From NCBI GenBank assembly GCA_051313645.2, contig JBNRSN020000010.1, positions 87,048,001 through 87,112,000 of the forward strand: DNA of 64,000 nt, in the 5' to 3' direction. The notes beneath the pieces were generated by a model. The model saw only the letters and a program-made list of their open reading frames with translations, ran no database searches and had not been told where the DNA came from. This stretch comes from Centroscyllium fabricii (lineage: Eukaryota). A program made the position numbers and the translations under genes. Below, piece after piece: positions 48,001 to 60,000 of the stretch (positions are counted from its first letter, which is position 1; every line of letters begins with the position of its first letter).

Positions 48001-51000
48001 GCACTTCAGAATACTCAACACCACTCACTCACACCATCCCCTCTACAGCAACAGGTCAGAGACAGCAACTTGGGGGCAGGGGAGAATTAGAAAGTGAGTG
48101 GAGGGGAGAAAATACTGGGTGTGGAACACAAGTTGGATGACATTGCTGATCGGAGGGTCAGGAGACTTCACCCATTAGCTGCAGATCTCAGGCCCTGCTT
48201 TTAAAAAGATAAGTATGTGGAAATGGCATGTGACACTGTGCAGTGGATGCTCAGCACAGTCATCTGATCGATGGTTTCCCAGTACCGCAGCCCACCCTTG
48301 ATTGCGGGCAGCTTTAGGGAGATGGGCATTGAAGCACCCATAACAGAAGCTCCAAAGGTAACATTTTACAAACAGCTTCACAAAATTTTACAACCGTATT
48401 ATTTGGATTTCAATTAAAATGTTTCAAGAAGCAACAGTAATATTTAATTATCCAAAATTATATTTAGCAGAAATGCCAAGTAGGGTGATTTGGTTTATCT
48501 CGAGCTCATAGACAGAAATGTCAATTTACTTACCTGTCTATTAGCATGAAGCTCCCATGCAGACTCTAGTTGTGTAGCTATGTTTCGCAGTGTGACTACC
48601 ACTCCTCGAGGCATACTTTCCACAGCCTTAAAATGATCGTCATACAAATCTCTGGCCATGGTTCGCACCTGCAAAAAATGTTTTAAATATTTTTTTAATT
48701 TAAAAAAATATATTTTCTAGGTGGTAAAAGGGAGGTTGGTGGTGGTTCACTACTGAATTCTATTTTAATCTCAGTTGTGAGGCAGACTGCATCACTCTTT
48801 TACTAGTTCAGTTGTAATTTCACCAACTGAAATGAAATACAAAAAAAAATTTCTGTTGTGCATTATGACTGAACACTCTGCTTTGTACTTAGTTACATTC
48901 TTGAAACGGGAACTCTATGCTAACAGCCAAGTAACATCACACGTTTCGATGTAGAAGAGGTGCAAGTTAGAAGTACTTTCAAAAGTTTATATAACCCTTT
49001 GTATAAAAAGAAAATCTACCAATGCAGAGATTTTGACTGTCATGAGGCAACCTACTGGAAAATCTCCCTAACAAGCCTCCAAGCCAGAAGAGAGACTCCA
49101 GTGGGTATTTCACTGAAAACATTTCATAATGAAGATGTGGACTGGTCTTTGTCGTCCCATTAAAGTAAGACTGATGCCTGTAGCAATTGGGGAAGTTTTA
49201 ATATTTCCTTACAGTTGTCTTCCCCCCCCCATGGAGGGAAAACAAAGTAACTTTCATTGAAAGTATGTGCTCCCTCCTCTGAAAATGTCAAGAGCATTAA
49301 GAGTTTTGAGGGTTCAGTGACTCCATCCACCAACAGAGACTACGAAAGGGCTCTGGCTCCTGACCACTATCTAGTGACCCCTGCTGGCAGTACACATACA
49401 TGAACAAGATAAAGCTCAGATATGATGGCCACTGTAATCAAATACCTGTAGCCTGCCAAACAGTTAATCAAGGTGGAGGAAATAGGCTCATGGAAAAATA
49501 TAAAAACTCAAAACACTTGGTTCCCCACAACTAGACGGAACTTACTGAGCCCATTTTCCAACACAATAAAGTGATAATCATGTCATTCCACTGAACTATA
49601 AAATTACATAACTATTTGAAGTAATGTGCTAAAACCAAAGTAAAAAAATTGCTAATGCCCGGCAATTTATGTCAGCATACAATGCAGAGGTTATCAAAAC
49701 AATTAAATTAAAAAACAGCCTACAGTGTACAAAACAGAAGTTAAACACTGTACACACACATTTTAATAGGCAGAAAAAAAAGTCTAGTTTGTACCCAAAT
49801 GTCACTTCCCTCCATTACCTGAAATTTCTCATGGCCAAATTAACATTTTAAACAAATAAAAACTTTCAACGGCCTCTGGTCTGTGTTCTTCTCAAGTTAG
49901 AAAATGTGAATATTCTAATTAGTGACAGTTGTAAGACAGAGACAGAAAGCGAGCACAGGCTAGAGACATAGAAACAGAGTGCAAGAGCAACAGACAAACA
50001 CACACAGCAGGAAAATGGATTGGATTACCACAACCTATGCACTGCTTTTCGCTGGCACTTGCCCCCAGCCAGATCGATGCCTCTAACCATGACCGATAAA
50101 CTGCTTGAGGAGCAGGTCATAGTCCTCCCAATACCTACTATCCATGGCCTGAACTCACCTGGCAATCTGCAAACCCACAACACTTCCCAGATCCCTCCTC
50201 CAATCAGATCCCTCAGTAACAAGTACAAGATAGTTGCCACCTGAAAATGTGGCTGATTGGTGCCCCACACCTTTGCACCCAAAAGGGAAGAGAGAGACAG
50301 AAGGGCCAGGAAAGAAGTAAACAAAAGAGAACGGGATAAAATAGCAAGAAGTCACACAACACCAGGTTATAGTCCAACAGTTTTATTTTAAATCACAAGC
50401 TTTCGGAGCGTCTGTCCCTTCGTCAGGTGAAAGAGAAGTCTCTTTCACCTGACGAAGGGGCAGACGCTCCGAAAGCTTGTGATTTAAAATAAAACTGTTG
50501 GGACTATAACCTGGTGTTGTGTGACTTCTTGCTATTTGTCCACCCCAGTCCAACACTGGCACCTCCACATCAGGGATAAAATAGCAAATGATAGAAGACA
50601 ACAGAGCGAGAAAAGTATTGTTGACAACCTCAGTGTGATGTTGAGAGAGAGATAAGCAGAACAGGAGTGAGATAGAAAAAGAAACATCAACACAAAGATG
50701 GCAATTAAGGGAGATAACATACATTCCAATTTACAATGAGCAGTGTTACAGGAGGTCCATTTGTTGTCTCTATACATTAGCATGATCTGTACCTTGGCTC
50801 AACATATTTTTTAGTAAACACTCCCATACATACACATATTTACACACAATTTAAAAAAATAAAAAAGTTTATGCATCTAAGCTATAAACTGCTACATCAT
50901 TCTCCCTTATTGACTTTAAGAACAAAGACTTCAAAAAAAATCAGCAACAACCAGTAAGTTTGCAAATATCAGATTCCCAGCATTTACCATTAATCTCAAA

Positions 51001-54000
51001 GTATATATTCCAGAGTACAGTACCTCACACTTACAGCCAATTTGTGAAAAATGAATTATGCGTATATTACGTATCCTCACTTGCAGCATAATTTTAAGAG
51101 TTAAAGCTGGTACTGATCATAAATGGTTAGTATGTTTAATGTTAACACTGATCTATTTTGTTCCCAGAGTATAAACTCACCTTTTGTTTAGTTTTCTCCA
51201 GCTTTGATTTCAGCTTTCTTCCTCTTTTGCCAGTCCAGCCAGCTACGAATTCTGATCCTGCAAAACAGGAAGCAAGCTTTAAAGTAAACTATTCTTGTTC
51301 CAAGCTCAATATTTTAATAACACGTGACCAAAAATGGTACTATAAAATAACCTACAAGTTTACTTGCATCCTTACCAAGCGATGTTTCTGCAGTAAATGA
51401 ATGCTTGGTCCCCCTATTGGACTCGAACACAAATCCAGGCAGATCCTCCTTCAATATAGTGGCTTGCTGACCATCAGAATTGTGGATTGCGATTTCTCCT
51501 TCTTTTAAACAGGTAAGAGACCAGTTGCCTACAGTAAGTTTTGTTGGCCCAGGTGTAGTCAGAATGGGTTGGCTGGTAGTAGCTGGTTTGACTTGACTTC
51601 GAGCTCGTTGCAACTTTTCCAAGAACTCACTTCTGCTCTCTGTCAACATACAGATAGACAACAACATTATTTCACGCAGCTATCAGAAATGCATTACAGC
51701 TACAAACAGCAATACTGCACTGTCAACAGCTGTTAAAAATAGGATTTTAAAAAGTTTCTATTACTCTGTAGCAATCTTCCAGCAAAGGCGGCACGGTGGT
51801 TAGCATTGTTGCCTCACAGCGCTAGAGACCCGGGTTCAAATCCAGCCTCGGGTACCATCTGTGTGGAGTTTGCACATTCTCCCCGTGTCTGCGTGGGTTT
51901 CCTCCGGGTGCTCCGGTTTCCTCCCACAGTCCAAAGATGTGCAGGTTAGGTTGATTGGCCAGGATAAATTGACCCTTAGTGTTAGGGGGATTGAATATGT
52001 GGGGTTACGGGGATAGGGTGGGATATGTGTCGGTACAGGCTCGAGGGATATGGGGACAAGGCAGGGTCGGGGTGCTGAGTTGGGATGATCAGCCATGATC
52101 ACATTGAATGGCGGAGCAGGCTCGAAGGGCCGAATGGCCTACTCCTGCTCCTATCTTCTATATTTCTGTTATAACTTAACATATAGCTTCCTTTTCCTCT
52201 GGCAATGAAAATTATATGGATCATTTTGCAATACTGAACATGGCAACAGGTTTCCTTGTACAACATCAAAGGTTTTCTTGTCCTATGCATAACAATTCCT
52301 TTCTGATCAATCATTTTTTTAAATCACTAGTTTGATTCAATGTTGTGGATAAGGCTCTCAAAACACACTGTTCCACAGAACAGTGGGATGTGGCTCACTT
52401 CTTCAAGTCTCCACTCATTTGCAATTTAAAAGGGAAGTACAGAAAAGAAGCAAGGCACTTTCCCACAGAAAGGGGAGGAAAAGAAACAGAAGTCACCTAA
52501 AACTAATTTTATGCCTCCTGGAAAATGCTGCAAAGATAAGATTGGGAGAAGTCTGGGATAAACTTGCCTGTTGGCTATAGTATGAGGTTCAGAAGACCTA
52601 CAGTTAATCGGAGGAAACATGCACACACACTCAACCTCATTTCTCTTGCGATCCTTCTTCTAAAGATAACACATGCTAGGATATCCTTCCACTGATACTG
52701 ATTTTTTAAATATTCGCTTATGAGATGTGGACGTCGCTGCCAGGGCCAGCATTTATTGCCCATCCCTAATTGCCCTCGAGAAGGTGGTGGCGAGCCGCTG
52801 CAGTCTATATGGTGAAGGTACTCCCACAGTGCTGTTAGGTAGGGAGTTCCAGGATTTTGGCCCACCGACGATGAACGATCAGCGATATACTTCTAAGTTA
52901 GGATGATGTGCGACTTGGAGGTGGTGGTGTTCCCATGCACCTGCTGCCCTTGTCCTTCCAGGCGGTAGAGATCGCAGGTTTGGGAGGTGCTGCCGAAGAA
53001 GCCTTGGCGAGTTGCTGCAGTGCATCTTGTAGATGGTACACACTGCAGCCACGGTATGGTGGTGGAGGGAGTGAAGGTTTACGGTGGTGGATAGGTGCCA
53101 ATCAATCGGGCTGCTTTGTCCTGGATGGTGTCGAGCTTCTTGAGTGTTGTTGGAGCTGCACTCATCCAGGCAAGTGGAGATATTCCATCACACTCCTTCC
53201 TTGTGCCTTGTAGATGGTGGAAAGGCTTTTGGGAGTCAGGAGGTGAGACACTCGCCACAGAATACCCAGCCTCTGACCTGCTCTTGTTGCCGCAGTATTT
53301 ATATGGCTGGTCCAGTAAAGTTTCTGGTCAATGGTGACCCCCAAGATGTTAATGGTGGGGGATTTGGCAATGGTAATGTCGTTGAATGTCATGGGGAGGT
53401 GGTTAGGCTCTTGCTTATTGGAGATAGTCATTGCCTGGCATTTCTGTGGTGCGAATGTTACCTGTCACTTCATTATCTGATAAGTTATGAGTGGCGCTGA
53501 ATACTGTGCAGTCATCAGTGAACATCTCCTTTTCTGACCTTATGTGGCTGGTCAAGTTAAGTTTCTGGTCAATGGTGACCCCCAGGGTCCTCTTCTCGCC
53601 ATTCTTCATGTTTAAGCTTAAGCATGCAGCTATTTTATCACAAGGGCCACAAGCAAGACCAATCCCATGCACATATATGCACTTTCAGCTGGGCCACTGG
53701 GCAACAACCAGAAGCTGAAGCCATGGCTTAATTTCCCCTCCCTGTCCTAGAAACACAAACCAAATGCAGCACCCCACTCCGCCACTGCCGAGAGCAACAG
53801 CAGAGACTAGGAATCTAACTTGGGACTTTCTTGACCTGCGCAAAAATCACAAAATGCATGTGCTCACGAAGCCATCAGGGAATCTATACAGTTCAACATA
53901 TACTAGACACACACACTTTACCTGAGCTGTCAGAACCACCTTCTGGGCTTCCACTAGAATACATGGTGGCTAATTTCCCATCCAAGATGAATCGAAACCA

Positions 54001-57000
54001 TCCATTACTACCATTTGACAACTCTAAGGCAGCTGCATCACTCCAGATGTATAAGCAATCTCTTCCCCTGATGACAGACCAATCTCTCCAATGGTATGGC
54101 TTGCCTTGCTGAATTTCTTTAGCATCCTCTTGAGGCTCATCATCCTAAACAGAAAATATAGTCAGTTACAACAGTTAATCTGTATTTACTTGAAATCTTA
54201 AAAAGCCCCAGATGCCAGTGACAAATATACGGACCAATTATCTGTTCAGGGACAGCAGCACATGTTCCAAATTAGTTTGTCTACACTGTTTCAACCAGTT
54301 TAAATGCAGAATAAACCAAATTACTGTATTCTATTATATTATACACTTTTGAAGCCAATTTTTAGTTCAAAATACAGTAGATTTTAGTAACATGAATTAA
54401 GACCTTCCGTGATAATTCATGTTACTAAAAGCTACTGTATGATCAATGTTCCCAAAGTTTTCACACATCACTGTTGTTGGATAAAGTCAAGTTTTTCACT
54501 TGGTACCATTAACTATGGTATAGAGAGACACTTTCATCGAGTTAGCTTCCCCCAAAATAAGAAAGACATTTTCAGTTGCACAATGGGTTGCAATACAATT
54601 TCAAATTTCCAGCATCCACAGCATTTTGCTTTTATTTTAGTGTTTCAATACAGTTCTTTTCACTCTGGAATACAAGAAATGTTCCTCCATCTAGTGGTTA
54701 TTATAGAAAAGAAATATTGCCATTAGTCCAGAATCTAGCAGATAAAAGTCAACAGAAGTTCCAATATTAAGCATCAACAATGCTTGCCGGTTGCATACGA
54801 CATTCTGCATGTATGTTAACCTTCCTTCTCGATAGTATGGTTACTGATGAAATAGTGTCAACCATAGGCTGGTTAAGTTAAGTAGCTGCTTAGATCTATC
54901 CTACCATAAAGAGGTGGCCCACCTGGAGATGAAAATCTCTGAGAAGTGGGATTTTACCGGTCTTTAAAGTTTTAGAACTAGGAAAGTTGAATACATCCGC
55001 AACAGCCACAGCTGAAGTATGCTTAGTGCCCATAAAAGTAGGACGTCCTTGACTTATGTTCCTAGCTATGACCGAATATTCCATATTCGAATCAAATACT
55101 CGAGCTGCACATAAGTCTGAGTTGAGTCATGGCTGCTCATGGCACGGGGGGGGGGGGGGGGGGGAAGCGTCGAGACACTGGAGTGAACCCCGGAACACAA
55201 GGACCCCAGGAAATGGCACGATTACAGTTCAGGTCTTGCAAAGCCTCGGGCTCCCATACGAAGCACACTAAATCAAGAACACCTCTTGTATCGGAGGCCC
55301 CCACAGACTCGAGCCGCTTTGCCAAACAACCACGTAGACTTTCAGTACAACATGTAATCGATTAATCAATCATTTCATTCATTTAGTAACAGAAGATTGC
55401 ACTATTTTACATGACATTTTGTGTAGTTACGGTAATATCTGAGCCGTGGTTCAGTTGGTAGCACCCTCGCCTCAGTCAGAAGGCTGTGGGACTTGAGCAC
55501 AAAAATCCAGGCTGACACTCCAGTGCAGTAGTGAGGGAGTGCTGCACTGTCAGACATGCCATCTTTCAGAGACGTTAAACTAAGGCCCCATCTGCTCTCT
55601 CAGGTGGACGTAAAAGATCCTATGGCACTATTTCGAAGAGGATCAGGGGAGTTATCCCCAGTGTCCAAGCCAATATTTATCCCTCAATCAACATCACAAA
55701 CAAAAACACTATGAATTGGCCTGTTTCAAATTTACCAATTTAAAACTTGCTCTCATCAGTGACTGATAAGTGGGGTTATTAATTCTTGCACAACTACTAA
55801 CTCGTTTTATTATCCCACTTGATTAGCATAGTGGAGGCATAACTAAATGGACCCAGGTATATTGGTCATTGCATTCACTTTTTTAAATTTAAGCCTTTTC
55901 CCTATGCCATGAACAATAAGTTTATTGTCATGACTGGAAGAGTGTTGCAGAGATTTATGTTGTTAGCCAGTCCCAGTAATAAATAGCACTCGGGGAAGAA
56001 ATGTGTATTATAATGGTGCATTACTGGTGCCCATTCTCAAGTGAAAGTCTGCAAACTTTATAGGCGTCTTGGCTTTTCTCAGGAGCGATATTACGTTGAC
56101 AATGAAGAAGCCCAATTGGATGGTTGATCATGGGCGCAATTTGCAGTATACATCATTTTCTGAGTCTCCCAATTATTTCTTCGCGAGCTTTCAAAGGCAT
56201 CAAAGTAGCATTTTCATGAGCAATTTTTGAAGCTTGTTTTAATGATTTCATCCTTGATTGTGCCTTATTTATAATTGCCAGTGAAAGCAGAATCGATCTC
56301 TCATTTTCCACTAAGAATGAATTTAGACCACTAAGAATAATCAGACCCTGCACTTTTCAATGTGGCTCGTAAACCTGTATTTTTATTTGTTCACGGGATG
56401 TGGGCATCGCTGGCATTATTGCCCATCCGAATTGCCCTCGAAATGGTGGTGCTGAGCCTCTGTTGTAGCTTCATCAGGTTGGCACCTCATTTGTAGGTAC
56501 ACCTGGTGCTGCTCCTGGCATGCTCTTCTACATTCCTCATTGAACCAGGGTTGGTCACCTGGCTTGATGGAAATGGTAGCGTGAGGGATGTACCAGGCCA
56601 TGAGGTTAAATATTGTGGTGGAATAAAGTTCTGCTGCTGTTGATGGCCCACAGCGCCTCATGGTTGCCCAGTTTTGAGCTGCTAGATCTGTTCTGAATCT
56701 ACCCATTTAGCACAGTGGTAGTGCCACACAACACGATATAGGGTGCCCTCAATGTGAAGACGGGACTTCATCTCCACTAAGACTGTGCGGTGCTCATTCC
56801 AACCAATACTGCCGTGGACAGATGCATCTGCGTCAGGTAGATTGGCGAGAACAAAGTTTCCCCCCTCGTGCTGGTTGTCTCGCCACCTGCTGTAGGCCCT
56901 GTCTGGCGGTTATGGCCTTCAGGACTTGGCCAGCTTGGTCAGTAGTGGTACTACCAAGCCACTCTGATTTTGACATTGAAGTCCCCCACCCAGAGTACAT

Positions 57001-60000
57001 TCCGTGCCCTTGCTACCCTCAATGCTTCTTCCAAGTGGTGTTCAACATGGGGGAGTACTGATTCAACAGCTGAGGGAGGGCAGTAGGTTGTAATCAGCAG
57101 GAGGTTTCCTTGTCCATGTTTGACCTGATTCCAATGAGACTTCATGGGTTTCGGAGTCAATGTTGAGGACTCCCAAGGCCACTCCATCCCAACTGCCTAT
57201 CACTGTGCAACCACCCTTTGGTGGTGGGACAGGATATACCCAGGGATGGTGATGGGAGAACTCTGGGACGTTGGCTCATTTCAGAGGGCAGTTAAGAATC
57301 AATCACATTGCTGTGGGTCTGGAGTCACATGTAAGCCAGGCCAGACCAAGAGAACAGATTTCCTTCCCTAAAAGACATCAGTGAAGCAGATGGGTTTTTA
57401 CAACAATTCAGTAGTTTGATGGTCACCATTACTTGATACTAACTTTCTATTTGTTTAATTAACTGAACTTAAATTGCCCAGCTGCCCTGGTGGGATTTGA
57501 ACTCATGTCTAGGCTTCTGAATTACAAGTCCAGTAAAATAACCACTATAACCCGTCTTTATACAATAAATGCCATAAAAACAAATTTTGTGCAGTTTTGG
57601 TGTCCATACTTAAGAAAGGATGTACTTGCTCTGGAGGCAGTGCAGAGAAGGTTTACACGGTTAATTCCAGGGATGAGGGGGTTGACATATGAGGAAAGGT
57701 TAAATAGGCTGGGACTTTACTCATTAGAGTTCAGAAGAATGAGAGGCGATCTTATTGAAACGTATAAGATCGTGAGGGGCCTTGATCGGGTGGATGCGCT
57801 AAAGATGTTTCCAATGATCGGGGAGACCAGAACTAGGGGGCATAGTCTTAGAATAAGGGGGGGCTCTTTTAAAACTGAGATGAGGAGAAACTTCTTCACT
57901 CAGAGGGTGGTTAATCTATGGAATTCGCTGCCTCAGGGAGCTGTGGAAGCGGGAACATTAAATAAATTTAAAACGGAAATAGACTGTCTTTTAGCAGACA
58001 AGGGAATTAAGGGTTACGGGGAGCGGGCAGGGAAGTGGACCTGAGCTATTGTTAGTATAGTAAGACCTGAGTGATCTCCTGGACAAGTTTCGATCGCCTA
58101 GATTGGGGTCGGAGAGGAATTTCCCGGATTTTTTTCCCAAATTGGACCTGGGTTTTTATCCGTTTTTTCGCCTCTCCCAGGAGATCACATGGTTCTTTGG
58201 GTGGGAGGAAGGGTGATAGTGGTATGAAGGTTAGGGTAGGATCAGCCATGATCTTGTTGGGTGGCGGGGCGGGCTCGGGGGGCCGATTGGCCTACTCCTG
58301 CTCCTATTTCTTGTGTTCTTATGTTCAGCCATGAACGCATTGAATGGCGGTGCAGGCTCGAGGGACCGAATGGTCTACTCCTGCACCTATTTTCTATGTT
58401 TCTATGTTTCTAATGGTAGCCGTCGTCAACACAATTCATTTTGTGTGTGTGATCCTCAACAGCTCACTAAAACTTCATTGGCCCTCCAGCCCAAATAATT
58501 GCCCACCCGTTTTAGATGAACCTTGAGGCTGAGGCAGTAACTCCCAATAAAGGAGTTGCTCTGAACATGAGCAGCCTCAAAAACTGCACCACTGGAGCTG
58601 CTCCAGATGGAAATGGAGACCCAAAATCTCAGTGCACAGGAGAGTAAAAAATAACCTAGAGAACAAAACAAGTTAAACATTATCAGTAGAGTACATAAAC
58701 AATTATGTCCACTGTCTGGTGATGGGCTAAATTCAAGGTCATTTATCACTTAAGATATTTCTAAAGGTATTTTGGCTTGTACTACTTTTTACCTTAGCAG
58801 AGAGATCGGCTGTTGCTGTATGCAACTTTTCTGGAACTGAGCGGCTATCGCGTGAATTCTGCAGGGTCTTGAAATACAGAACTTGAAAGATTACCAGAAA
58901 GAAATTACAGGTACTACTGCAGTGATAAACAAAACTCATGTTCAAGCTTGGCGTTACTCATATGCATTGTCGCTGTTATTTGGGGATGGTGATATTGCAA
59001 CAGGAAATTCTAAGTGAAACTCATTTTGGGTATGAAAATCTGATCACCTTATCAGGCTTGCAATCCTCTTCATTTTCATCATCTGAAGATGGTCCTGCCA
59101 AGGTTGAAACTTTGTTGATAACCCCAAGCCTTGCAAGTTGGTCGAGAAATAGGTCACCTCCTTTGTCTACCAGATCTCTTATGATCTGCAAAGCTAGTAA
59201 ATGACCATCATCATCATCCTACACCAAAAGGAACAATGGAAAAAGAGTATTTTTTAAGAAGGTCGGAGTCCAGTAAATGTTGGTATTCACAGGGATTTAG
59301 GGGTTCTTGTACACGAATCACTGAAAGTTAACATGCAGGTACAGCAAGCAATTAGGAAGGCAAATGGTACGTTAATCCTTTTTGCAAGGGGGTTAGAGTA
59401 CAAAGGTAAGGATGTCTTGCTGCAATTATATAGGGCTTTGGTGAGACCACGCCTGGAGTACTGTGTACAGTTTTGGTCTCCTTACCCAAGGAAGGATATA
59501 CTTGCCTTAGAGATGCAGCAATAATAGTTCACTAGATTGGTTCCTAGGATGAGAGGGCTGTCGTATGAGGAGAGAGTGAGTAGATTGGGCCTATATTCTT
59601 TGGAGTTTAGAAGAATGAGAGGTGATCTCATTGAGACATATAAAATTCTTAAAGGGCTAGCCAGGGTCGATGCGGAGAGGCTGTTTCTACAGGCTGAAGA
59701 GTACAGAATTAGGGGTCAGAGACTCAGGATAAGAGGTCGGCAATTTACGATTGAGATGAGAAACTTCTTCACTCAGAGGGTTGTGAATCTTTGGAATTCT
59801 CTACCTCAGAGGGCTGTGGAGGCTCAGTCGGTGACAATATTCAAGACTGAGATCGATAGATTTTTGGGCACTAAGGGAATCAAGCGATGTGGGGACAGGG
59901 CAGGAGAGTGAAATTGATGTACAAGTTCAGAATCTGCAGGCGCAAACCAAGACACAACTACTCTATCACAGGATGTCGAACAATGCCTTCATCCATCAAA

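Larger units (their letters stand above)
50345..50572. mobile_element. Penelope-like (PLE)-derived fold-back element with hammerhead-like motifs
   Basis: Near-perfect hairpin about 50339-50436 / 50439-50537; TSD gggataaaatagcaa at 50333 and 50573. Confidence 0.78.

Noticed and set aside
46930-48350. Possible old transposon-derived block
   Set aside because: Composition suggests decayed repeat, but I could not define TIRs, TSD or protein motifs.
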